Assembly: GCA_013239625.1 (NCBI GenBank)
Contig: MU053881.1
Span: 14,374,373 to 14,438,372 of the forward strand
Origin: Lama guanicoe
Lineage: Eukaryota
DNA: 64,000 bases
Direction: 5' to 3'
A program made the position numbers and the translations under genes. Positions 24,101 to 34,834 of this stretch are shown here, one piece after another. The notes under the pieces were generated by a model that saw nothing but the letters and a program-made list of their open reading frames with translations, did no database searches and was not told where the DNA came from. How positions within the stretch are numbered: the stretch's first letter is position 1; every line of letters starts with the position of its first letter.

Positions 24101-24466
24101 CTGGGAGCAGAGGCAACAAAGGTCACAGCCCTGCCCCATCCCAGCTTCTCCCAACAACCCTCCCCAAGAGCAGGGCTCCATCCTTTCCCTTACAGTAATG
24201 TCCTATTTCACTTGGGCCTTTTCTGATGAGTCTCCCCCAACTCAAGTTCACCCCACATCTGCTGGAGGCTGTGCTCCTAATGCTTAGTCTTAATGCTTCC
24301 CTCTGCAACTCTACGTCTCACCTCGAGTCTTCTCCAAAGACCATTACATCTTATTTCTCACCCCACTGACCTCACTCTGCATCACATCATCCCAAGTGCT
24401 TGGTGTCACCCAGAATGTCCTCCCCAGTTCCTCAGCACCCCCATCCCTCTGGCTTGAGGCACTTAC

Positions 24467-24745
24467 CCAGCTTATCAAGGACAACAGTGACCACAGCAGA
24501 TAGGGAGCTGTTAGCCTGCGCCTGGGCCACGCCTGCAGAGAAACCATCCATTTGGGCACTGACGTTGGCTCGGCTGCTGGCACAGACTCCAGGCATCCGG
24601 AAGGTTCCCTGAGCATCGCTAGTGGCCACGACGCCAGGCCAGTCTCTCAGGGAGACCCTGGCTCCTGGCAGCGGATGCCCAGATGGGGTGACCACCGACC
24701 CCAGAAGGATGTGGTCAGGGCACCCACAGGTGTTGGGACCACACC
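24467..24745 (-). CDS. CILP2: CILP2 exon 5
   Basis: CGPNTCGCPDHILLGSVVTPSGHPLPGARVSLRD..VVTVVLDKL; ag/gt; 279 bp. Confidence 0.94.
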
Positions 24746-25803
24746 CTGGGGGGACACAGGGAGGCAGAGGAGACTCTTGACCCCCTCCTAGGGAGGGCTT
24801 TCCTCTCGATCAGTCACTCCTCAAAGAAACCCAGATATCCTCCCCACTTTGTGCCCCTCAGAGTCCTCAACATGGACCTGCTTGTAGCAGCCCTTATTGT
24901 GAGGGGGTCATGGGACTCAGTGGTCAGTGCTGGGCCAAGGGGAGAGAACTAGGGTCCCAGTGTGAAGAAGATGCCCTGGAGGAGAGGCATCTCACAGGGC
25001 AGAGAGTCTCCTTCCGTCAGAGAGAAAATGTTCAGGCAGGGGCTGGGGGCCCAGCAGGGGGCTGGGTCTCGGGCCCAGAACATCTCCCTCCTGTCCCAAT
25101 CCTGCGGTTTTTCCATAAAATGGAAAATTCCACTGGAAACTTCAGAGCAGAGGCACAGAGAAGGCAGAGCCAAGCAGGGTAGGGTGGGGACCCCACCACC
25201 CCATTGGCCACCGTGCTCCCCCACCCTGCCGCGGGCTCTGCTGGGGCAGTGTCCAGACCGTGTTTGTGGAGCCCAGGCCTGATTGGAATTTCCAGTCGCC
25301 TCCTGGCTGGCCTGGTGTCTGGCCCTGGGAGGGCCTGGGCATCGTGTCTGCCAGGGTGTGAGCGCGTGTCCGCGTGGGCGTGGGGAACGGGCGGGGCCTG
25401 CGAATGCCACGCGTGTGTGCACCCCGAGTGTGTGAGCCAGCTTCTGTGTTTGTCCACGTCCACCGAGACATCTATACACTCCGCCATGCACACAGAGGAA
25501 GCGACCTCTCAGATCTGCCCATGCCTGGACACGACCCCCATGGGGTCCACCCGTCCAGATACACACATTTACCAATGGTCCTTCAGGGCCCAGGAGGGAA
25601 GCAAAAGCCAGTCTCCATGAGGTGCAAGTTCCCGCCCACCAGGCGCTGCCCCTCCACCCTGGCTCAGCCTCCTCCTTCCAGGCACCTCCCCATCAGGCTC
25701 CACCCCAACTAGCTCCTCTAAGTATTCCTCTCAACCAGCCCCGCCCCTACACCTAGGCCCCGCCTATAACCCAATCCTCTCCTCCAGGGCCCGCCCCTCT
25801 TAC

Positions 25804-25959
25804 CTGGACACTGAGGCCTCACACATTTCTGCGCCTCCAAGGGACGCCCAGGACACGCATCCCCAGCGGGGCTTGGGCAGCGGCGGCGGCGTAAGCGACG
25901 GCCAGGCCCGCAGCTTCCTGAACAGGGACCCCACGGACCCCACGCGCCCCACGTGGCCT
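25804..25959 (-). CDS. CILP2: CILP2 exon 4 (thrombospondin type-1 repeat)
   Basis: ATWGAWGPWGPCSGSCGPGRRLRRRRCPSPAGDACPGRPLEAQKCVRPQCP; 156 bp. Confidence 0.95.
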
Positions 25960-26519
25960 CTGCGGAGAGGGCAGGGATGGAGGGGTCAGCTGGCCGCCCA
26001 CCCCAGGAACTGCACCTCCTGGAAATCTGGTGACAACGTGGGATTGGAGGACGCTTCTGTCGCGAGCATCCGAGGGCCGGTACTCCAGACAGAAGTCATG
26101 CCCACTTCCTACATCAGTGGTCCCCTAGGCGCACCAGTCGAATGTGCAGTTGAGGTACCGCCCCGCCCCTGCCAAGATAAGCCCTGCTGTTCTCCCTGCG
26201 GCTCACACACTTCTGGGGATGAAAACACGCCCCCACAAACGGATCTGTCATAGATGTGCAAATGAGGGCAGCGAGAGGGAGATATGTTCCTGGGGGCCCC
26301 TTCCTGACCCGGACCTGGGCCTCCGGCCATTCCCAGCCCCTCCTTCCACAGCTCCTCCCCTGTCGGGTCCCGCCCTCTCCTGGGGCCTTGCTCCTAAAGG
26401 ACGCCACCTTATCCTAGCCACGCCCACATCCGCACGTCCCTGCCCCCTCCCCAGCACCACCCAGTCAGGCCTTATCCACCTATGGCCCTTCCCCGTCGCT
26501 CCCTGAGCCCCGCCCTCAC

Positions 26520-26792
26520 CGAGCGGGCAGCGGAAGCGCACGTGGTAGTTGGAGCAGCTGCGGCCCCGAGGCTGCTCGCGGTTGAGGCACCAGAAACCGC
26601 GCGTGGGGTTCAAGTGCACGCGCTCGCCGACGGCTGATGGCAGGGCCCAGTCCGTGGTGCGCGCCTCCAGCGCCAGCGGCCGCGGGCACAAGCGCGCCGG
26701 CCCGTAATAGAAGCGGATCGCAGCCAGGCTCTCGAAGTCTCCGTCGCCCCCCGGGTGGTCAACGTTGAACCAGGATGTCCACTCGCTGGCCT
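26520..26792 (-). CDS. CILP2: CILP2 exon 3 (WxxW / Mucin2_WxxW domain)
   Basis: ASEWTSWFNVDHPGGDGDFESL..CSNYHVRFRCPL; 273 bp. Confidence 0.96.
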
Positions 26793-27625
26793 CTGCGGGC
26801 ACCGCATGGCTGGGACCCGGGCCGCAGTCGGTCGGGCCCCATCAATGCATGCAGGAGCCCTGGCTGCGGCCTGCCCACATGCATCTATATGGTAAGGGCC
26901 TAACCTGCTGTTTAAGCCGGGCCTCCCTCCCCACAAAACTGCAGGGGCTTGCCCAGCCCGCCCAGATCCAGGGCCCTCGAGAGCAGAAGGAGATGTAAAG
27001 GGATCAGGGGAGATTGGACTCCTGAACTGGCCCATGAGTACACGCTGAGGTCTTGCCACTGTCTTACCAACCCCTACTCTCAGAGTTCAGAACTCCTGAG
27101 GTGAGGGGGGATATAAAGGCAGCAGGAGAAGCTGGGCCCGAGACCAGCCCTTCCGCTGCCTGGCAGCCCTCTCTTCAGGGCCAGATGGGATCTTGCTCGC
27201 TGCCCACTGAACACATCAGGCTACCTCTGTTTCATAGAAGCCATAGGGTAGGAAGATTAGCTTCTGCTTCCATCAACCCCCCAGGGGGTGCTCACTCCTC
27301 TTCTAATTCAAGAGCAAGTCAAATAGAACCTTCCTAGCTGGGAAGCTAGAGACTCAGGTTCCAGAACTCCTGCTTCCTTGCCTGAACTAGGTGGGTTGTC
27401 CCACCTCCCACCCCACCCCATCCTACCCTGGTTTCCTCCTGGACAAACAATCTGATTCTCACCTCTCGCTCCTAAAACTTAGACCTCTTGGGGCACCACT
27501 TCCAGGGGCTGGCATGCCCAGGGACTGTGGCCATCCTGGGCTCTTCAACCTAGCTTGTGTCCCCACCAGCCAGAGCTCACCCAGAGTCCACAGCAGAACC
27601 AGGACTCAGATCCTAGTTGACTCAC

Positions 27626-27721
27626 CTTCCCAGTCCTCCAGGGCTGGTGAGGGCTGGCCAGGGCGCAATGATGAACCTTCAAGGCCCCACGCAGTCACTG
27701 TGGGCTCCTCTGTGGTGGTGC
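27626..27721 (-). CDS. CILP2: CILP2 exon 2
   Basis: TTTEEPTVTAWGLEGSSLRPGQPSPALEDWE; ag/gt; 96 bp. Confidence 0.9.
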
Positions 27722-28755
27722 CTGGGGAAGGGGTGAGGAGTTGGGGGAAGAAAGAGCCCTGATGGGAAATTCTGTGAGCTCCTGTTATACAAGGTGCTTC
27801 CATGATCATCCCCATTTCACAGGAGGGAGGCCAGAATCCAGCTCTGGTTGCCCCAAAGAACTACAACCCCCCTCTCCTCCAGGAAGCCTCCCTCTGACCC
27901 CCACCCTCCCACCCCCAGTCTTCCAGATCCCCAGCCCTCCCTCTGACACAGTCCCGACTCCATGGGTTGGGGAAGTCTGTGTCCATTCTGCTCCCATAGA
28001 CCCAGTTTCCTCTGAGTGTGTTCAATCGCTGAGTTCAGCTGGCTGTAATCTGAATTCCTCATGTTGATCAGAATTTCTCTTCATCTGTTTGCTGGCTGGA
28101 AGTCTCTCCCTCTGTCTACCTTGTATCCCAGCACTTGAGGCCCAAGCTGCCAGTGGGAAGTCCTTGGAATCTAGCCTAGCTTCTTTGGCCTTGAGTTACC
28201 TGAGATAGCTGGGCTGGGCAATGACCTCAGACAAGTCCCTTTCCTCTTGGAGTCTCAGTCTCCTCATCTGAGAAATGGGCCCAGTTCCCACTCCACTGAG
28301 TGATTCAGAGATGGGAATTTCTCTTCTGAGTGGGGTGTATGTGTGTGTATAAGAAAGGGAGGAGTTAGGTGAGAGGGGACAGCTATGATCCCTTGATCCT
28401 AGGACCAGGACCAGGACCAGGACCAGGTGATTCAGGATCAAATCTGTGACTGAGATGGACACCTCGAAGTCCCGAGAACCCAGAGGAGCCCCAAGTTCAT
28501 ATTCACACTCCGGATGCCCCTATCATCCCTTGGACGTGGAAAGAGAGCAGATGAGGTCCGCTCCTGCCCCAGGTGGTCCCAGGGCTCCTTCTCTCCGTTG
28601 CCCCCTCAATCCACCCCCGGGGCTGGCAAAGGGGATGCAGGCCTGGGGAAGCGAGTGGGTTCCTTGATTCTGTCTCCAGACGCGGCTGCCTGCCAGGCCT
28701 TCTGCAAGACGATCGGGCGCCTAGGGGGCTGGTCTGGGGTCTGGGGGAGCCTCAC

Positions 28756-28819
28756 CTCGGGCCCCCGCCAGGTGCGCGGCGGCAACACAGAGGCAGAGCA
28801 GTGTCGGCAGTGACGCCAT
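28756..28819 (-). CDS. CILP2: CILP2 exon 1 coding part (signal peptide)
   Basis: ATG at 28819; MASLPTLLCLCVAAAHLAGAR; donor gtgagg; 64 bp. Confidence 0.93.
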
Positions 28820-28849
28820 GACCGGGTCCAAAAGTCAGAGGGAGGGTCC

Positions 28850-29100
28850 CGGCTCCGCTGCGCACTCGGGTCGGACTCCCGCGGGTCTGGCGGCTGCTGG
28901 GGCTGAGGATGGGGGAGGGACGCAACCACAGGCCACGCCCCGTCCAGGCCACGCCCCGTCCGAGCAAGGCTCCCTGGCCCGAGGTGACACCTCTCTGAGT
29001 CGCCCCCCTCGGTGCGTCCGGCTGTACCTCCGCCCTCAGGCTGGCCTGCGTCCCCTCGTCGCCGGCTGGAAGTCCCTTCCTTAGCCCACCTACCATTCTC
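28850..29100 (-). promoter_or_regulatory. CILP2: CILP2 CpG-rich promoter with tandem KLF/SP boxes and a RUNX site
   Basis: (CAGGCCACGCCCCGTC)x2 at 28929-28960; AACCACA at 28924-28930. Confidence 0.65.
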
Positions 29101-29461
29101 CACGTGGGGTCCCAAGCAGCCTACGAGAAGTGCCTCTTGGAATGAAGCCTAAAGCTATCCAAACCTTCACGGTTTAGGCCGCCCTTTAAGGCAGCTAGAA
29201 ATCCTCCATCGAGTCTAACTTTTATTCTATTGGCTTTACATCCCCGAGCAAGCTGGAAATCCTACCCTGATTCTGCCTTCCATCCTTCTGGCTCGAGTTT
29301 TCTCGTAGGCCAGCGGGAAGTCCCATTTTACGTCTACCCTCCATCCCTCCCGCCTTCGGCCACCAGGGAGCTAGCTGGTGGGTTCCTCCTCGAGTTTGCC
29401 CACCCCCGCGGCAGACCCTGCTCACAGAGGAGGCTCAGACAAGTTGTTGGTGGTACGTCTG

Positions 29462-29467
29462 TTTATT
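29462..29467 (-). terminator. YJEFN3: YJEFN3 polyadenylation signal AATAAA
   Basis: TTTATT on + strand 40 bp past the stop; a second copy at 29221-29226. Confidence 0.8.
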
Positions 29468-29506
29468 GGCGCGTGTCCAAGCCGCGTGGGCGCGGGGCGG
29501 GGAGAG

Positions 29507-29712
29507 TCAAAGCGCAGCGACGCAGTCGGTGCCCGTGTAGCCCGGCAGGCGCAGAGCGAACTTTCGGCGCACGTCATCGGGCACGAACCTGCCGGCCACG
29601 AAGTGGTGGCGCCCGGAGAAGCGGCCGGCGCAGCGCTTGGGAGCCGCGAGCGACACGAGCACGTCGGGCCGGAGCCCGTCCTCGGCGTCGCCGCCGGTCT
29701 CTGGGTCCCAGC
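29507..29712 (-). CDS. YJEFN3: YJEFN3 last coding exon
   Basis: [67 protein letters not shown]; 206 bp. Confidence 0.95.
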
Positions 29713-30967
29713 CTGAAGGAGGAAGGATGGGAAGGGGGATCAGGAGCTAGGAGGGGTGCTCGCCCTCAGACAAGAGTTCTGAAGCCCTTCCCCGTCAGAC
29801 ACAGACTCTGCTCTGACACGTGCGTCTTGGTCAGATCTGCCTCCCATAAAACGGAGCCTCTGCCCTCAGACCAGTTTCTCCTCCTTGTTTCTCCTGTCCT
29901 CTGACCAGAGGCTCTGCCCTCATACTTTTCTGCCTCTGCTCCCATTGCTGCTACCCAATCTTCCTCCTCCATCTGACTCAGCCTCTGCCTTCAGACTACA
30001 CCATTTCCACCTGCTACCCTTTTCCAGCCAGACCCGTGCCTCTGCCTTCTGACTGATGTCTGTCCTCATATATCCCTCCCTATCAATCCTGAGCTCTTCC
30101 ACTTAAACTAGCCTTTTTCCACCCAGACTTTCCAGCCAGCCTCCTCCTTCTGACCAGATCCCTACTCTCCACTCAGAGGATAGACTTGTCTCCATTCTCA
30201 GGCAAGCCTTCCCATCATTGGGCCACAGCCTCTGCTATTTCTCAAATGAACCTCCTCCTTTAGACTAGGGGCCTTGCCTTCTCTCCTGCCTCTGACCTGT
30301 CTTGGGCCACTAACTAAAAGCTACCTCGCTCTGACTTTAATCCTTCCTTCTCTGATACTAGCCTCCACCCTCAGACTAGGGGCCCCTAATAACCCCTTCT
30401 GACCTAACAGGGCAACCTTCTCTGTCCTAGGCTACCTGTTCAGACATGAGCCTGCAGCTTCCCCTCTTCAGACCAAGGAGCCCACTCCTCCCTTAGGTAC
30501 CACCCCCAGCTCTGTGCCATCCTGCTGGTATGACCCTGGGGTCTTGTAAGCCAGAGGATCTCCCTGAGTCTGGTCACCCCCATAGAGGGTCTGACTGGCC
30601 AGCAGCTGTTTGTTCCATCTGCCTGTTGCCTAATGGCTCCAACAGGCATGGGGCGGCGGCCAGGATGGGTGAGGCCTTTGCCGAGTGAGCTCACGTCTGC
30701 CCAGGCAACCGGGCCAGGATGGGCAGCAGGCACACGGCGCTGGGTGTTGAGGGGAGGGGAACGAGGGTTACCTGGGCGCCAGCCTGGATATTCCCCATCC
30801 AAAGGATAGATGTGACCCTCAGCCTCACCCAGAGCGCAGGATCCATTCACACTGGGAAAACTAAGGCTCAGAGTGGGCAGACAGGCTGGGACCACCAGAA
30901 GCAGGGTAGAGGGGGCCTCCACCCAAGCCCCCCAGGGCCCTGAAACACCCCCCTCCACCTGGCATGC

Positions 30968-31118
30968 CTGAGGGAATGTCCAGGCTCACAAGGGGGATGG
31001 ACAGTAGCTTGAGTGTGGCCAGGGCACGTGTGCAGGGGCCCCCGACCTCGCCTGGCTCCACACCGGGGCCCAGCACGGCATCCACCACCAGCCTGTAGGC
31101 GTTGTTGATGAGCTGGAC
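30968..31118 (-). CDS. YJEFN3: YJEFN3 exon (human exon 6 equivalent), GC donor
   Basis: [50 protein letters not shown]; 151 bp to TCAG|gcatgc; alternative in-frame GT donor after 30959. Confidence 0.88.
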
Positions 31119-31195
31119 CTGGGATGGGAGGCAGGGTCAGGAGGCAGCCTGGGGTACTATCCCCTACCTCCCCCCTAGTTGCCACCCGAGCTGAC

Positions 31196-31309
31196 CTCCA
31201 TGGGCAGATAGGACAGGAAGGGGATGTCCATCTTCTCACACTGAGTAGTCAGGTCCCGGTGCAGTGGGTCCAGGGAGCGTGTAGGGTAGAAGATTGTTGG
31301 TTCGTACTC
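31196..31309 (-). CDS. YJEFN3: YJEFN3 exon (human exon 5 equivalent)
   Basis: [38 protein letters not shown]; 114 bp. Confidence 0.95.
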
Positions 31310-31485
31310 CTGGCGGAAGCGGGAAGGGGTCAGCACTGGGGGCCCTCCCAGGGTCCCCACTGAGCCTCTGACCCCAGATCTGGGTACCAGGCAGCAGACC
31401 CTGGCTAGGGAAAGCACTGGGCATATTCTGTAACCTGTCCAGCCTCAACCTCCCCCTGGGACACTATCAAGACATTAAGATGAGA

Positions 31486-31631
31486 GGGGAGGATATAGCT
31501 CAAGTGGTAGAGCACATGCTTAGCATGCACGAAGTCCTGGGATCAATCTTCAGCTCCTCCTCCAAATATAAACAAACAAACAAACCTAATTACTTCCCCT
31601 CATAAAACAAACAAACAAACAACAACAACAA
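31486..31631 (+). mobile_element. tRNA-derived SINE (Vic-1 type) with (CAAA)n tail; duplicated 5'-clipped copy at 31716-31852
   Basis: GGGGAGGATATAGCTCAAGTGGTAGAGCACATGCTTAGCATGCACGAAGTCCTGGGATCAATC. Confidence 0.85.
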
Positions 31632-31936
31632 GGATGCAGGGATGGGGTAGGGATGTGACCCTGGGAGGCCAAGAGAACCCTTGCTACTCACAAACACCCG
31701 CAGGTGCCGGGCACAATAGCTCAAGTGGTAGAGCACATGCTTAGCATGCACGAAGTCCTGGGATCAATCTTCAGCTCCTCCTCCAAATATAAACAAACAA
31801 ACAAACCTAATTACTTCCCCTCATAAAACAAACAAACAAACAACAACAACAAGGATGCAGGGATGGGGTAGGGATGTGACCCTGGGAGGCCAAGAGAACC
31901 CTTGCTACTCACAAACACCCGCAGGTGCCGGGCACA
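31495..31936. repeat. Exact 221-bp tandem duplication
   Basis: 31495-31715 is identical to 31716-31936. Confidence 0.95.
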
Positions 31937-32023
31937 AACCAGCCCCACTGCCCCATTCTGCTCTGGGCCGCACACCACCAGCACTGTCCTCTGCTTCCGG
32001 GAGACAGCAGGCAAAGGGAACAC
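31913..32023 (-). CDS. YJEFN3: YJEFN3 exon (human exon 4 equivalent)
   Basis: [37 protein letters not shown]; 111 bp. Confidence 0.95.
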
Positions 32024-33885
32024 CTGGCAGGGGCACAGCAAAGGCAAAAGCATGGCGCTTGGAACCTCTCCTCACTCCAGTGGTGAAAATGAGGCCAGGA
32101 GTAGAGAGAGGAATAGGGCTTGGGCCTGGAGGCGAGGGGGCAGGACAGGAGGAGAGGCACTATGGGTAAGGAGCAGGGCCGAGAGGGGCCTCAGTTTCCT
32201 TGCTGGAGACACAGAGTCCTTGCCTCAGGCTCTGCCAAGCAGGAGCAGAAAAACGTGCCTCCTGCCGCTGCTTGCCCCTGGAGTGTGGTTTGTTTATTCT
32301 CGGCCCGAGTTACAGACATTCCTCCACCTTTTTCCACTGCAGTGGCTGCCCCTCCCCCGCCCATGCTTCCAGGCCTCGGTCCCTCCTGGAGGCCCCAGAG
32401 TTGGGGGGACAGGGGAGGGGGGTGTTTTTCCAACCCGCCGTGCCCTGTCTCCGTCTGTCCCTCTCCATTGGCCTCTGTCTTCACCTCCCTGCCTTTCTCT
32501 GTGTCTCTGTCTTCACTTCTGTGTCTCTCTCTCGGTCTCTGTATCTCTCAGATTCTGTGTCTCTGTCTGTCTCTTTAACGCAGAAGCTAAGGGTCTCAGC
32601 CCTACCCTGACTCTCTGCGTGGTCCCCTTCCCCCAGCCTCAGTTCATTTCTATCAGATGGGAGGAAAAATGGCTCCAACAGGCTCATGGGGCCTCTCCCA
32701 GGCCCAGGGTGGCTCCAGGGGGTCCAACTACACTCTAACCTTTAACCACACAGAGGGAAAGTTATTTCCTTTTTGAGTCTCCACCCCAAGGTTTCGGCAA
32801 GGTGCTGACCCACCCTGATCGTACCTATGACCCCACCACACCATGCTCAGAGCCCCAGACCCGAGACCAAGTCAGGGAGAGTGACACTGTCCGGCTGGCT
32901 AGGACTGAAGAGCCTCTGGACAGACAAAGCTTTCAGTGCAAAAACCAGACAGCTGGTCACCAGCAGCCAGGCAAGCGTTTACTACACTGAGTTTGCTTTT
33001 GTGGCTTGGATTTTCATCATTTTCCTCTCCTTTGAGCATCGCGCTCAGGATATGTTTCACTTGGAAATAGGAACATTTAAGTTAAAAAAAACTGAATCCA
33101 CATAAAGAAAGATATTGAGGGTTTTTTTTTCAAGCACACAGTGGTAGTAAGAAAAGGAAGGAGGGGGACCAGTGGCACAATGGACAGTGCATCTGACTGT
33201 GGATCAGAAAAGGAAGGAGGAGAGGAGGAAAGGGATTACACGCTGGAGCCCTGACTTGATCAGGCACTTTTCTAAGGCATTTGTGTTTACTAATTGGTGT
33301 CAGCTTATCCTTTCTTCAGAAGAGGAAACTGAGGCCCTGTGTGGTTTGGCAACACTGGATACTAGTATCTTCAATGCTATTACTCTCCCGTCTCTTGCAG
33401 GCACCTCCAGGCCTGGAGGTTTGCTCCAGAGCTGGACATAGCTCTGCTTCCTACACTCTGGGTCAGTGTGCAGACCCCTCCTCACCTCTGGGTCTCAGTT
33501 CCCCTACCTGTGGCAGGGAGTTGTTTGGGGGTGCTCAGACTTCGGGGGCTAACGTCCCCTGTGCCCAAGACCCAGGAGGCGGCAGGGGCGGGCAGTCATG
33601 TCTCAAGGGTACCAGACTGATCTCTGTGGTGGCCTCCACATCTCCAGAGACCCCAACTCTGTCCTAACCCTCACTGACGTCACTGACCCTCACTGGCCTG
33701 GCCCAGTGGTGATCCTCTCTGGACCTCAGTTTCCCCATCTGAGTGATGAGTTGGGGTGGCCCCAAAGAGGGGCTTCTTGAGGGTAAAAATGACCATCCTA
33801 GCCATGGGGGTCATGCAGCTAGACCTCTGCTCTGGTGGGCTAACCATCTGGTCGGGGTCAAGGTTGAGGGTCAGGGGTCAGGTAC

Positions 33886-33994
33886 CTTGGTCACAGCCAC
33901 CGCACTAGCATGGCCGCACCACTCCACCAACTGCTGCCGCCCAAAGCGATAATCCTCCAGCAGCTCCCGCTCCAGGGCGGCTGCCTCCGCTGTG
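33886..33994 (-). CDS. YJEFN3: YJEFN3 exon (human exon 3 equivalent)
   Basis: [36 protein letters not shown]; 109 bp. Confidence 0.95.
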
Positions 33995-34234
33995 CTGAGG
34001 GTCAGAGTGGTGAGAGATGCTCAGTAACACAGAGAGATCGAGAGAAGGACGTAGAGACAAAGACTCAGATGGAGCCAGAAATGTGCCACCAACGTTCCAA
34101 TCCAGGCCTTGAAGCCCCTCACCCCCGAGCCCCGAGCCGAAGACCCGCTGTCAGTTTCCTCGTCCAGCTTGAGCTCCGTTGAATGGAAACCCGCGCAGAC
34201 CTCGGAAGTTTTTGAGCACGAGCCTGATGCGCGG

Positions 34235-34248
34235 GAGCCCCCTGGTGG
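34235..34248 (-). promoter_or_regulatory. Candidate CTCF site CCACCAGGGGGCTC
   Basis: 13/14 match to the core CCACCAGGGGGCGC within a CpG-retaining intronic patch. Confidence 0.5.
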
Positions 34249-34690
34249 TAGAGGAAGCGCAAGACGGCGCAGGTTGGTCCTGCTGCCCTGAAGCATTGGG
34301 AAATCAAGCCTGATCCAGAGGCCCCCAGCCCGCAAGGCGGGAGGAACCCAGAAAGGGAAATGGAGCATGAAGGACTTAATTGATGGGGGCGATGCGTGGA
34401 TTTCAGGCAGTGGAAACCACTGAGCAAGCTCCAGGACACTGGAGGGGGCATACTGGACTAGAGGAACCCAGGGGAGGTGGGTTTTAAAGGCTGCAGAGGA
34501 GTTTGATGGCTCACTGAGGGAGGTGGATGAGGGACCTGCCGCTAGGGGACCCATTTGGGGACCTCTCTTCAGGGGCAATGATAAAATTTAAATAATTGTG
34601 GCCAGAGAGATGGAGCCAAGTGGTTGAGTGACTGAGGTCCGCCTCATCTCTCTGAGTCTTGCTTCCTCTTTTGCAAAAGTGAAGGCAGAA

Positions 34691-34834
34691 CAGGCTAGAT
34701 AATTTTTGAGGCCCACTGCAAAATGCAAATGTGAGGCCCCTTGATCAAAAGTTATTAAGAATTTTAAGATGGTGATGGGAGAGCATTAAACCAAATATTG
34801 GCCCCTTCTAAGGGCAGGGCCCAAGCTGGCCCTG
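34691..34834 (-). mobile_element. MER45A-like hAT-Tip100 fragment
   Basis: TTATTAAGAATTTTAAGATGGTGA..GAGCATTAAACCAA..GGCCCCTTCT. Confidence 0.6.

Noticed and set aside
31902-32738. 278-aa + strand ORF in YJEFN3
   Set aside because: Antisense to an exon and runs through a CT-rich low-complexity tract; no homology recognised.
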